Positions 20,670-30,593 of a DNA stretch of 64,000 nucleotides are shown one piece after another. This DNA comes from an uncultured Spirochaetota bacterium. GTDB taxonomy: Bacteria; Spirochaetota; B62-G9; CAZFGQ01. A model generated the notes under the pieces. The model worked only from the letters and a program-made list of their open reading frames with translations. It was not told the origin of the DNA and searched no databases. The stretch lies in NCBI GenBank assembly GCA_964518675.1, contig CAZFGQ010000003.1, positions 759-64,758 of the forward strand, written 5' to 3'. Position 1 is the first letter of the stretch; each line of letters begins with the position of its first letter. A program made the position numbers and the translations under genes.

Positions 20670-22136
20670 TTAAATGTTTTTTATTCCAATATGAACTGGA
20701 TGGATCTTAAGCATATTGGTAGGCTCTTTCGTTGTTACAGGAACACCGCTGACGAGAAGTACCCTCTCACCCTCTTTACATATACCCCTGTTCACAAGAA
20801 TACTTTCAGCCTCATTAAGAAGCTCCTCTGTTGACGAGACCTCTTTTATATATTCAGACCTTACGCCCCAATATATTGAAAGGCGATGTAAAACTCTTTT
20901 ATTTGGAGAAAGGGCAATTATCGGCACAGGAGGTCTGTACTTACTGAGAAAGTGGGCTGTTCTACCAGAAAGTGTAAATCCAACTATATAAGAGATTGGT
21001 ACTATTTCTGTAATTTTCATGGCAGAATAACATATGGATTCTGGTACTATATCAGTACTGCATTTTAACTGCGCTAGAATTCTATCCACTTTCCTGTGAA
21101 GAATATCATTTCCATTTCTCTTTATTTCAGCTTCGGCTCTTTGAATAATCTCAGACATGACCTTTACCGTCACAACTGGATAAGCCCCCATTGCCGTCTC
21201 GCCCGAGAGCATGACAGCATCCGTACCATCAAATATCGCATTCGCAACATCGGAAGCCTCAGCTCTGGTTGGCCTTGGATGATGTATCATCGATTCGAGC
21301 ATCTGGGTTGCCGTAATAACCGGCTTCCCCGCAATATTACATTTCTCAATTATCATCTTCTGGAGTATTGGAACTTCCTGGGGCGATGTTTCAGCCCCAA
21401 GATCTCCTCTCGCTACCATTATTCCGTCAGTTACCATGATGATCTCATCAATATTCTTAACTGCTTCCGGCTTTTCAATCTTCGTTATAACGGGAGTATC
21501 TGAGCCCTTACCATTAATCAATTCCTTTAATCTTTCCACATCCTGTGCCTTTCTAACAAAAGATAGAGCTACAAAATCCACCCCCTCGGTAATACCAAAC
21601 TCTAGGTCTCTCATGTCCTTTTCGGTAATTGAAGGAATGCTGAGTGAGGTATCGGGTAAATTGACACCTCTATAACTTCTTATAATTCCACCATTTATAA
21701 TCCTGCAAACTACCTCTCTTTCCCTTACTTCCAGAACTTTCAATTCTATATTACCATCATCAAGAAGTATCCTGTCACCAGGCTCTGCCTCGGTTACGAG
21801 CCCTCTGTAATTAACGCTCAATATATTCCAATCCCCCGGTACATCATCTATCGTTAGAGTCAGGGTATCCCCTTCATTTAATACAACCGTTTCTTTCTTA
21901 AGCTTACCCGTTCTTATCTTTGGTCCCTGAAGGTCTATCAATACACCAATGTGCCTGTTGTATTCCTCAGATAGCTCTCTTACCAGTTTAATGGTTTTCC
22001 TATGAAATTCGTAGTCTCCATGCGACATGTTCATTCTGGCCACATCCATGCCATTTTCTATCATTCTTGCCAGTACTTTCCTATCCTGACTGCTGGGACC
22101 TATTGTACATATTATCTTGGTGGATTTCATATTCAC
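20670..22136 (-). CDS. pyk: Pyruvate kinase
   Basis: TKIICTIGP, DLQGPKIR, GIMVARGDLG, TATQMLESM, DAVMLSGETA. Confidence 0.97.
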   Translation of the reverse strand: MNMKSTKIICTIGPSSQDRKVLARMIENGMDVARMNMSHGDYEFHRKTIKLVRELSEEYNRHIGVLIDLQGPKIRTGKLKKETVVLNEGDTLTLTIDDVPGDWNILSVNYRGLVTEAEPGDRILLDDGNIELKVLEVREREVVCRIINGGIIRSYRGVNLPDTSLSIPSITEKDMRDLEFGITEGVDFVALSFVRKAQDVERLKELINGKGSDTPVITKIEKPEAVKNIDEIIMVTDGIMVARGDLGAETSPQEVPILQKMIIEKCNIAGKPVITATQMLESMIHHPRPTRAEASDVANAIFDGTDAVMLSGETAMGAYPVVTVKVMSEIIQRAEAEIKRNGNDILHRKVDRILAQLKCSTDIVPESICYSAMKITEIVPISYIVGFTLSGRTAHFLSKYRPPVPIIALSPNKRVLHRLSIYWGVRSEYIKEVSSTEELLNEAESILVNRGICKEGERVLLVSGVPVTTKEPTNMLKIHPVHIGIKNI

Positions 22137-22202
22137 AAACCTTCTATGAATTCGTAAACCACATGTTTATAATAATTCATTTAATAGAAATGAATTAATA
22201 CA

Positions 22203-23312
22203 TTATCTCACTGCCATATTCGTCTGCGTAAGCGGATCTATTACCCTGCTTTTATGCCAGACCTCAAAATGTAGATGTGGTCCTGTAGAACGCCCTGAAT
22301 TACCAGAAAAACCTATTATCTGAGCTCTTCTCACCCTTTGACCCCTAGATACTCTTATTCCTGAAAGATGAGCATACACAGTTTTATAACCGAACCTGTG
22401 TTGAAGAATAATAACCCTCCCGTAACCTATCCTGTAACCCGCATACAGCACCACACCATCCTGGGCAGCATAAACAGGACTGCCACAACGACAGGCAATA
22501 TCGATTCCCGTGTGAAAGGAATGCTTTCCCGAAAATGGATCCCGTCTATAGCCAAACCTGGAAGTTATCCACCCTCTTACGGGTTTATCAAAGGCCTCCC
22601 CAAGCACATAGGCTCTTTCGATGTTATTGTACCTGACACCTGGAAGGAATATCTTCATACCAGGTGTAAGTTCGTTGGTTTCAAGCTCATTAACCTCCAT
22701 AATCAGGTCAGTGGGAACCTTATACTTGGAGGTATATTTAAATATTGTATCACCTTCCTGAACATTGATAAATATGCCTCTCATATTTGGAAGATATATA
22801 ACATCACCCTCATGAATCATATGAACATTTGAAAAAGTATTACAGCTTATAATACTATCAGGATCTATATCGAACTTTCTTGCAATACTCCAGAGGGTAT
22901 CACCCCTTTTAACCCTGTATTCAATCAACCTGAGTTTGGGTATGTAATTTTCAAGACCTCCACGAGCTTCACCCGATTCTCCGGGAGAAAGCCTTATGCT
23001 TATGGGACTATTCCACGAAAAATCACCATAGAATGGAAGCTCTTCTTTAAAAAATGAGAAAGGGCTGGGAACCAAGAATAGTATAAAATCCAGAACCAAT
23101 ACTAAAATTGTGAGTTTTATGTAATGGACAATTCTGTACCTGCTTATAAATCTTTTACCAGCAAAAATTAAATATCGAACTCTTCTCACAGCTCGCCAGT
23201 AAAAATCCGATATAAATTGTCCTACCAACAATCCTGTAAAAGATAGGCTCTTTTTTAGCCTGATTAATAAACCATTCAGTTTAGAATCATTTGATATGAT
23301 CTTCGATGGCAT
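22203..23312 (-). CDS. LysM + M23 metallopeptidase
   Basis: YRVKRGDTLWSIA LysM, HTGIDIA and STGPHLHFEV M23 motifs. Confidence 0.9.
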   Translation of the reverse strand: MPSKIISNDSKLNGLLIRLKKSLSFTGLLVGQFISDFYWRAVRRVRYLIFAGKRFISRYRIVHYIKLTILVLVLDFILFLVPSPFSFFKEELPFYGDFSWNSPISIRLSPGESGEARGGLENYIPKLRLIEYRVKRGDTLWSIARKFDIDPDSIISCNTFSNVHMIHEGDVIYLPNMRGIFINVQEGDTIFKYTSKYKVPTDLIMEVNELETNELTPGMKIFLPGVRYNNIERAYVLGEAFDKPVRGWITSRFGYRRDPFSGKHSFHTGIDIACRCGSPVYAAQDGVVLYAGYRIGYGRVIILQHRFGYKTVYAHLSGIRVSRGQRVRRAQIIGFSGNSGRSTGPHLHFEVWHKSRVIDPLTQTNMAVR

Positions 23313-23500
23313 TTAATACCTTAACCCGTTGCGTATCTATAATTTTTGATTATAAATAAATGAAATTATATTTCAACCCCATTTTCCTAATTTAAACTGT
23401 TATAAGATTTATTCAGTCTCTTTTAAATCAATTAAAATCGAAGAGGTAGCAATATATTCCCTTGAGATCAGGATTGGTTAATACGACTAAAACCATAATT

Positions 23501-24649
23501 TTACCGAAGTTTTGTAAGTTTCAATGGATTGATTATCTTTCTTCCATGATGTACTTCAAAATGCAGATGAGGCCCGGTTGACCTTCCCGTATTTCCCATC
23601 AACGCTATTTTCTGGCCCTGAGTAACATATCTTCCACGTTTTGTATATATCTTATAGAGATGTGCATAAAGGGTCTTATATCCGTTTGGATGCTGGATAA
23701 TCACCGTCCTACCATAACTTCCGTAATAACCTGCGTATATTACCTTTCCTCTCTGTGCAGCATAGACTGGGGTCCCCTGGGCATTTGCTATATCAATCCC
23801 AGCATGGAATGCAATTTTGCCCGTAAATGGATCTTTCCTGAAACCAAAAGTTGATGTTAATCTTCCATAAGCAGGCCTTCTAAAAACCTCCCCAAGAGCA
23901 ACAGCCCTGTCCCAATCAGAGAGTTTCCCTCCGGGGATAAAAATCTTTTGCCCAACAACAATCTTCGAAGATGATAAATCATTGATATCAGCTATCCTGG
24001 TTATACTGACCCCGTACTTTTTTGAGATTGAATATAAACTGTCTCCCCTCTTGACTGTATAAAAAATCCCGCTAATATTAGGTATTCTTAATGTTTTGCC
24101 AACCTTAAGTGAGGCTCCATTTTTTATTTCATTTGCTGTTATTATTGTATCAACAGTAATTCTGAATGACCTTGCAATTCTGTAGAGAGAATCTCCTTTT
24201 TTAACTGTATAATTTATGACTTTCAAAAGGGGAAGATTGGTATAATCCCCTCCTGTATCATTTACCCCGCTCTCAATACTTTTAATCAGCTTTTGCTTAT
24301 AATAAGCCTCTGTTAATGGATCCTCTTCATAGAAGAACTTTCTATTCTTCTCCCAGGAAATGGTTGAAATGTTTATATAAAATGGAATAAAAGAGAAAAA
24401 TGCCACCATAAAAATTACAACAAGCAGAACAATTCGCTTGAGAGGAAAAACCTGCTTTACCAGAAATAAAAAAGGCCTGTTATCCAGCGGTGAAAATCCA
24501 CCAATTTTCTTTGACCTCTCCTGAGAGTGCTTAATGCACCTTTTTTTAACTATCTCCTGGTTTTCAAGAACTCTTCTTTTGATATCATTTTTGTTTTGAA
24601 GCCTGGCTACTTCTCTAGATTTTTCTATAAAGATCTCTGTAACTGGCAT
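23501..24649 (-). CDS. LysM(x2) + M23 metallopeptidase
   Basis: Two LysM repeats (YTVKKGDSL, YTVKRGDSL), HAGIDIA, STGPHLHFEV. Confidence 0.9.
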   Translation of the reverse strand: MPVTEIFIEKSREVARLQNKNDIKRRVLENQEIVKKRCIKHSQERSKKIGGFSPLDNRPFLFLVKQVFPLKRIVLLVVIFMVAFFSFIPFYINISTISWEKNRKFFYEEDPLTEAYYKQKLIKSIESGVNDTGGDYTNLPLLKVINYTVKKGDSLYRIARSFRITVDTIITANEIKNGASLKVGKTLRIPNISGIFYTVKRGDSLYSISKKYGVSITRIADINDLSSSKIVVGQKIFIPGGKLSDWDRAVALGEVFRRPAYGRLTSTFGFRKDPFTGKIAFHAGIDIANAQGTPVYAAQRGKVIYAGYYGSYGRTVIIQHPNGYKTLYAHLYKIYTKRGRYVTQGQKIALMGNTGRSTGPHLHFEVHHGRKIINPLKLTKLR

Positions 24650-24872
24650 TCCATCTTCCCCTGTACAACCTATTTTTCGACAAAAATAGCTTTTATTTGA
24701 GAAATAAAGATTATAACTTAATAGAACAATTCGTTTAACTTCTGGACCAAAACTATTTACTCTTAAATAAAAACAGACCGGTCAGGGAATATATTTATTT
24801 ATTTAGTAGTAATAATAAACAAAGGCATACGAAAAGATAAATATTGATATTATTAAAAATTGGAGACTTAAA

Positions 24873-25907
24873 ATGATGAGAAAAAAGAGCTTTGCCAGTG
24901 ACAATAACTCTGGTATACACCCTTCAGTCCTGGATGCAATAATCAGAGCAAATGAGGGTCATTGCATAGGTTATGGTGATGACCCTTATACCAATAAGGC
25001 AATCAAAGCGTTCAAAAAAACATTTGGCGAGAACTGTGACATTTATTTTGTGCTGAATGGGACAGGAGCAAATGTACTTGGACTAAAAGCTGTAACAAAA
25101 CCATTTCAGGCAATCATATGCACAGATGTTTCTCACCTCAACATGGACGAATGTGGAGCTCCAGAAAGTCTTATCGGGGCAAAACTACTTCAGGTTAAAA
25201 ACACAAATGGCAAGCTTTCAATAGAGCAACTGGAAGACTTTCTATCCTACAAAGGAAATGAACACCACGCACAACCAAGGATTGTATCAATAACACAGGC
25301 AACAGAACTTGGGACTGTATATACACCAGATGAAATATTCAAAATTTCAGAGTTTGTGCACAAAAATAATATGCTACTTCACATGGATGGAGCGAGAGTT
25401 TCAAATGCAGCTGCGTATCTAGGGACAACTCTTAAAGAAATTACGGGCGATGTAGGGGTAGATATTCTATCATTTGGCGGTACAAAAAATGGTCTTATGA
25501 TGGCAGAGGCCGTCGTATTTTTTGATAGATTACTATCAAAAGAGTTTAAATATATAAGAAAACAGGGCCTGCATCTTGTATCAAAAATGAGATATGTGTC
25601 AGCACAGTTTGAGCCGTATCTTAATGAAAATCTCTGGCTCATGAATGCCCAGAAAGCTAACAAAATGGCCACAATGCTTAAAGAAAAACTGTCAACTCTT
25701 TCATTCTGTAAAATAGTTTATCCTGTTCAGTCGAATGCGGTATTTTTAACCCTCCCCCATTCAGTGGCTGAAAAACTCAGAAAAGAGTATTTTTTCTATT
25801 ACTGGGATGAGAAAAAACCCATTATCAGATTAATGACCTCTTTTGACACTGAAGAAAAGGACATAGAGGAATTTGTACAAACTCTCAAAAACCTCTCAGA
25901 GAGTTAA
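24873..25907 (+). CDS. ltaE: Low-specificity L-threonine aldolase (PLP)
   Basis: SFASDNNSG, YGDDPYT, NGTGAN, LHMDGARVSNA, LSFGGTKNG. Confidence 0.88.
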   Translation: MMRKKSFASDNNSGIHPSVLDAIIRANEGHCIGYGDDPYTNKAIKAFKKTFGENCDIYFVLNGTGANVLGLKAVTKPFQAIICTDVSHLNMDECGAPESLIGAKLLQVKNTNGKLSIEQLEDFLSYKGNEHHAQPRIVSITQATELGTVYTPDEIFKISEFVHKNNMLLHMDGARVSNAAAYLGTTLKEITGDVGVDILSFGGTKNGLMMAEAVVFFDRLLSKEFKYIRKQGLHLVSKMRYVSAQFEPYLNENLWLMNAQKANKMATMLKEKLSTLSFCKIVYPVQSNAVFLTLPHSVAEKLRKEYFFYYWDEKKPIIRLMTSFDTEEKDIEEFVQTLKNLSES

Positions 25908-25910
25908 GCC

Positions 25911-27506
25911 ATGAATAGTATAGATATATCTGAGAATAAAACTAATTCTAAGAAAGAAGAAATTAAAGAATTGACTCTCCTACTGGAAATAAGCAGGATT
26001 CTCGATTCAAGTATCGATCTGAGAGATATTCTAAAACCGGTTTTAGAAACACTGGCCAGACATACCGGTATCCTCAGAGGAATAATCACGCTATACGATC
26101 GTCAAAGGGACGAGATAACCATAGAAACAGCCTTTGGCCTTACAAACAGTGAGAAAAAAAGGGGCAGGTACAAACCCGGGGAAGGGATTACAGGAAGGGT
26201 TTTCAAAACTGGCAGAGCTGCAGTAATAAAAAGAATTTCAGATGAACCTGAGTTTCTCGATAAAACAGGTTCGAGAAGAAGAAAGGAAAGCGAAATATCA
26301 TTTATATGTGTACCCATAAAACTTGAAAATAGGGTTATAGGAACACTTAGTATCGATGTACCGGTCTCTCCGGAAGAGAAGCTCGAAGAATTGAAAAGGC
26401 TATGTACAATAATTTGTTCAATGATAAGTCAGGCTGTAAAACTGAGGCAATTCGCAATTGAAGAAAGAGAAAAGCTCCTTGAGGAAAACAAAAGGCTTCA
26501 GGAAGAACTGCAGGAAAGATACAATCTTAAAAACATCATAGGTAATTCAAATGAAATGCATGAGGTTTACAGATTAATAAATCAGGTATCAAGGTCCGAT
26601 ACCACCGTTCTTATAAGGGGAGAAAGTGGGACGGGAAAGGAACTCGTGGCACATGCCATTCATTTCTCCAGCTTAAGGGCACATAAACCTTTTATAAAGG
26701 TCAATTGTGCTTCTCTTCCCGAATCTCTGATCGAAAGTGAGCTCTTTGGCCACGAAAAGGGAGCCTTTACAGGTGCAGTTACAATGCGAAAGGGAAGATT
26801 TGAACTGGCCGATGGAGGTACCATTTTCCTCGATGAAATAGGTGATCTCTCCCCGAATCTACAGGCAAAACTACTCAGGGTCCTCCAGGAAAAAGAGTTC
26901 GAGAGAGTTGGAGGAACCAGGACAATCAGGGTAGATGTTAGAGTTATTGCTGCCACAAACAGGAACCTGGAAGAAATGATAGAAAAAAAATTGTTTAGAG
27001 AAGATCTGTATTATAGATTAAATGTTTTCCCAATTCACCTCCCACCTTTACGGGAGAGAAAATCTGATATTCTGCTTCTGGCAGATTTCTTTGTGGAAAA
27101 ATACAGCAAAATTCACAGAAAAAATATTAAAAGAATATCCACTCCCGCAATTGATATGATGATGAGCTACCACTGGCCAGGGAATGTAAGAGAACTCGAA
27201 AACTGCATCGAAAGAGCTGTGCTTCTAAGTGAAGACGGAGTTATTCACGGACATCACCTTCCACCCACTCTCCAAACAGCTGAGGAAAGTGGAACCACCC
27301 TGAAGGGAACACTGAAAGAAACTCTCGAAAGGGTTGAAAAAGAGATGATAATGGAAGCATTAAAATCATCCAGGGGAAACATGGCCGAGGCATCACGAAT
27401 ACTTGGAATCACTGAAAGAATAATGGGATTGAGAGTTAAAAAATACAGAATCGATCCATCAAGATTTAAGATCCGAATATCTAAATCAAATATTAAATTC
27501 CGATAG
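25911..27506 (+). CDS. NifA-like GAF/sigma54-dependent transcriptional activator
   Basis: N-terminal GAF ([11 protein letters not shown]), [34 protein letters not shown]-terminal Fis HTH. Confidence 0.92.
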   Translation: MNSIDISENKTNSKKEEIKELTLLLEISRILDSSIDLRDILKPVLETLARHTGILRGIITLYDRQRDEITIETAFGLTNSEKKRGRYKPGEGITGRVFKTGRAAVIKRISDEPEFLDKTGSRRRKESEISFICVPIKLENRVIGTLSIDVPVSPEEKLEELKRLCTIICSMISQAVKLRQFAIEEREKLLEENKRLQEELQERYNLKNIIGNSNEMHEVYRLINQVSRSDTTVLIRGESGTGKELVAHAIHFSSLRAHKPFIKVNCASLPESLIESELFGHEKGAFTGAVTMRKGRFELADGGTIFLDEIGDLSPNLQAKLLRVLQEKEFERVGGTRTIRVDVRVIAATNRNLEEMIEKKLFREDLYYRLNVFPIHLPPLRERKSDILLLADFFVEKYSKIHRKNIKRISTPAIDMMMSYHWPGNVRELENCIERAVLLSEDGVIHGHHLPPTLQTAEESGTTLKGTLKETLERVEKEMIMEALKSSRGNMAEASRILGITERIMGLRVKKYRIDPSRFKIRISKSNIKFR

Positions 27507-27555
27507 AACAGATCAAATAAACCTTACATCTGAAATAACATATATGATAAATAAG

Positions 27556-29436
27556 TCACTTCAAAGATTCAGGCGAAATGTAATCACCGTATTTTTCTCT
27601 GGCCTTCAGTAACCTTTCCTTTTGCTGATCGAGAACCTCAAACAATTCAGGAGGAATATCAGATATATTTTCTCTAAAGTATTTCTTCACCCTATCGACC
27701 TTTGCGATATTTTCCGGAACCCTTATTGTAAACTGCTTTATATAATCATCAATAGAATATTCCTTCCTGTGAACCTCCTGAAAAAGACGCTTTAGATCTT
27801 CGTACCTCGGAATTAAACCTGTAGGAGATCCAATAGCATCGGCCTCACCATGAACCCTAAGTTCCATCCATTTAATCCATATATGTTTATCCCTAATCTC
27901 ATTAACAAATTTTCCATTTTCATCCCGTAAAAAGTAATTCACACCAAATACGAGAGGTTGTTTTTTTAACTTTCTACCAAACTCGATATAATTCTGCAAA
28001 TACTTTCCAAGGGAAATTGATACAAAATCCTGAATGCTCATAATATTTATCTCAGGAACACCCTCTTTACCTATTGTTGCGAACGTTGTTTCTGTTTCAA
28101 GTGCAGCTCCATAAGCTATAATCCCATGCACCCAGTCAAATCCTTGCTGTACAGGAACATAAGCTCTAGCATCCCTCCCACCAAACATTATTCCACCGAG
28201 TTCAACGCCCTCAGGATTATCAAGCTCAGGATCAACATTCTCAAGGGCTTTAAGTGAAACAGTGTATCTTGCATTCTTATGGGCCGGTGGAATCTCATTT
28301 CCATTTTCATCTTTCTTACCTTCATACCACTGACCAGAGAAATTTATACCATCTTTGGGCAACTCACAACCCATACCAAGCCAGTAAGGCTTGCCATCTT
28401 TAACCAAAACATTTGAAAAAATGACCTCTCCAGGAGACGTCAACACCTTATATATAATTGGATCATCCTTAGGATTAACGTTCTGTATAATGCCAAAAAT
28501 ACCAGCTTCTGCATTTACAGCTTTTACAATACCATTGATATTTCTCAGATATGCAATATCATCTCCAACTATCCTCTCACCCGGAAGCATTGCAGTGGAG
28601 GTTTTCCCGCAGGCACTGGGAAAAGCACCTGTAAAATAGGTTTTTCTCCCGCCTGGCCCATGCACACCAACGAGAAGCATGTGTTCGGCAAGCCATCCCT
28701 CCGCATGTGCCTTTCTGATCGTAAGACGAAAAGCAAGTTTTTTAAAACCAACAGTGTTGCCAGCATACTGTGTGTTTACAGAATATATAACATTATTCGA
28801 ATAATCTATGTAAATTCTTCTTTTATCTGGATTTTTACTAACCATTCTTTCATCCAGTTCTCCAGCAGAATGCAATACACGAAATAGCTCTCCAGTGATA
28901 TCCTGATTCACAAACACATCATATGCGGGCCTGTAGAGTAAATCCTCACTGTGAGCTACATACCAGGAATCTGTACACTGGAGGCATGGTATACTGAAGA
29001 TTGAGTTTTTTGGACCAAGGGTAAGAAACCTTACAATCATTATCTTACCCTTCATGGAATCCTTCAGCAAATCCATAATCTCAGCAATTCCTTCATCCCT
29101 ATCTATCTGATTGAGAGCTTTGGGAAGCTGTTCTCCCTTTGGAACAAGATACTTGGTCGCCTTTCTGTCTCTTCCCTGGTCCTTGATTCCGTCAAAATGT
29201 ACTGTATGTCCTTTCATTGCCAGTGGAGTTTCCTCGCGGGTCTTAATCGCCATCTCCCTGACATACCCTACATCTTCAGGCGAATCACTACAGACAAAAA
29301 TACTATCAGGATTGCATATCTTCTCAGACTCAGCTATAAACTCTATTGCTTTCAGGCTTTTTATTGCTTTCAGTTTTTCATAATTCTCATCATCCAATTT
29401 TTGTCTCAGAGACTCAAGATACTCTTCTCTTTCCAT
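27556..29436 (-). CDS. pckG: GTP-dependent phosphoenolpyruvate carboxykinase
   Basis: GWLAEHM, GAFPSACGKTSTAM, VGDDIAY, HKNARYT motifs. Confidence 0.93.
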   Translation of the reverse strand: MEREEYLESLRQKLDDENYEKLKAIKSLKAIEFIAESEKICNPDSIFVCSDSPEDVGYVREMAIKTREETPLAMKGHTVHFDGIKDQGRDRKATKYLVPKGEQLPKALNQIDRDEGIAEIMDLLKDSMKGKIMIVRFLTLGPKNSIFSIPCLQCTDSWYVAHSEDLLYRPAYDVFVNQDITGELFRVLHSAGELDERMVSKNPDKRRIYIDYSNNVIYSVNTQYAGNTVGFKKLAFRLTIRKAHAEGWLAEHMLLVGVHGPGGRKTYFTGAFPSACGKTSTAMLPGERIVGDDIAYLRNINGIVKAVNAEAGIFGIIQNVNPKDDPIIYKVLTSPGEVIFSNVLVKDGKPYWLGMGCELPKDGINFSGQWYEGKKDENGNEIPPAHKNARYTVSLKALENVDPELDNPEGVELGGIMFGGRDARAYVPVQQGFDWVHGIIAYGAALETETTFATIGKEGVPEINIMSIQDFVSISLGKYLQNYIEFGRKLKKQPLVFGVNYFLRDENGKFVNEIRDKHIWIKWMELRVHGEADAIGSPTGLIPRYEDLKRLFQEVHRKEYSIDDYIKQFTIRVPENIAKVDRVKKYFRENISDIPPELFEVLDQQKERLLKAREKYGDYISPESLK

Positions 29437-29548
29437 AATAGATTACTCCTCTAAAGATTTAAATAAAGTATGGTGTACTTAATTTGATAAGCACATGAGC
29501 TCATTTATTTTTTTAAAAACAATAGGAAAACGAATCAATCATTAAAAT

Positions 29549-29650
29549 AAAAAAGCCAACATCCCCCCACATAATGGGGCTATAATCATCAAGATGTTGG
29601 CTTACCCCACAACAACCTCTCATGGTCCTATCACCAGAGGTCCCTGTCGG
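29549..29650 (-). ncRNA. Riboswitch-like aptamer with overlapping intrinsic terminator in the pckG 5' UTR (resembles the Na+-I/DUF1646 class)
   Basis: RNA CAGGGACCUCUGGUGAUAGGACCAUGAGAGGUUGUUGUGGGGUAAGCCAACAUCUUG. Its 3' segment AGCCAACAUC can alternatively pair with downstream GAUGUUGGCU, which is followed by a U-tract. The class assignment is from memory of the consensus. Confidence 0.6.
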
Positions 29651-29750
29651 GTCTTCCTGTTAATTAGATTTTATTAGAAAAATGTATCTATCTATCAAAA
29701 ACATATTAAACTCGGATATATATATTTATCCTTAAAAAGTCAAGGATTAA

Positions 29751-30134
29751 TTAAATAGAATCGCTTTCAATATTTCTATTTAAAACAAATATTATCACCC
29801 TTTCACCTGTCCTGGTGCTAATATCGGTATGTAGGCTCAGTACTTTTGCACCTACAATTTCAGAAATAGTATTTTCGAGTATCGCACGCGAAGTTTCCAG
29901 AAGTTCCATCCTCACCTTCTTTAACAACTCGATACCATTAAGAGTTTTCGCAAGCCTTTTTTCTGCCTTCGTCAGTACTCCCTTTAATCGTACAAAAACA
30001 ACATCCCTGAGAATATATGTTTTCGCTTCTTCAGGCCCTCTTCCCATATGTTCTTTTTCAAATCTAATCATAGCTTCACTTATTTCAGCTTCCATCTGAC
30101 CCTTAGTCTTATTTTTCATACCGTTAAAATACAT
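29751..30134 (-). CDS. DUF2294 / MpsC-like protein
   Basis: TKGQMEAEISEAMIRFEKEHMGRGPEEAKTYI, GVLTKAEKRL, LSLHTDISTRTGERVIIF. Confidence 0.85.
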   Translation of the reverse strand: MYFNGMKNKTKGQMEAEISEAMIRFEKEHMGRGPEEAKTYILRDVVFVRLKGVLTKAEKRLAKTLNGIELLKKVRMELLETSRAILENTISEIVGAKVLSLHTDISTRTGERVIIFVLNRNIESDSI

Positions 30135-30201
30135 GGATTATATCCTTAAAAAAAAGAAAATTCACACGGTAAATAAAAAACTAAAAATTACACTGTTACT
30201 C

Positions 30202-30327
30202 AATCCTACATTTTGGTAGGATTCAAATTAATTAAAATCGAAAAGAAATACCTCAATTTCCTGGGATTAATAATTAAACTACATTTCTGTAGGTCTTATA
30301 AATAAATCCTACATTATTGTAGGATTT
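30202..30327. promoter_or_regulatory. Three palindromic sites, consensus (AAT)CCTACA-N4-TGTAGG(ATT); candidate enhancer (UAS) for glnA
   Basis: 30202-30223 AATCCTACATTTTGGTAGGATT; 30275-30296 TAAACTACATTTCTGTAGGTCT; 30304-30327 AAATCCTACATTATTGTAGGATTT. Confidence 0.7.
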
Positions 30328-30418
30328 TCTCATACTCGCCAACATGGTTTAGGATAATTAATTCGCACTCATTCGTTTAATTATAATAATAAAAGGAATT
30401 ATAGCAACTTAAATTTTA

Positions 30419-30434
30419 TGGCATTAATATTGCT
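30419..30434 (+). promoter_or_regulatory. Sigma54 (-24/-12) promoter of glnA
   Basis: TGGCATTAATATTGCT matches TGGCAC-N5-TTGCW with the exact GG-N10-GC spacing. Confidence 0.82.
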
Positions 30435-30593
30435 TTTAATTAACGATTCAATTCATTAGCAGGCAAAATAGGTGACGGGAAAAATTTTGTAGTAAATCTG
30501 AATGAATGCATTAGAATAAGGAGTGGCGAAAGGGGCAATGTAGCTAGTGGCTAAAAATAAACAAAATTATAATTAAAATCAGGAGGTTTAATA

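Noticed and set aside
22173-22197. AT-rich inverted repeat TAATTCATTT-AATAG-AAATGAATTA before pyk
   Set aside because: Very weak stem with no U-tract, and plausible by chance in AT-rich DNA.
25911-27506. Nitrogen fixation (true nifA)
   Set aside because: No nif structural genes are in the window, and the GAF-AAA-HTH architecture is shared by many activators.
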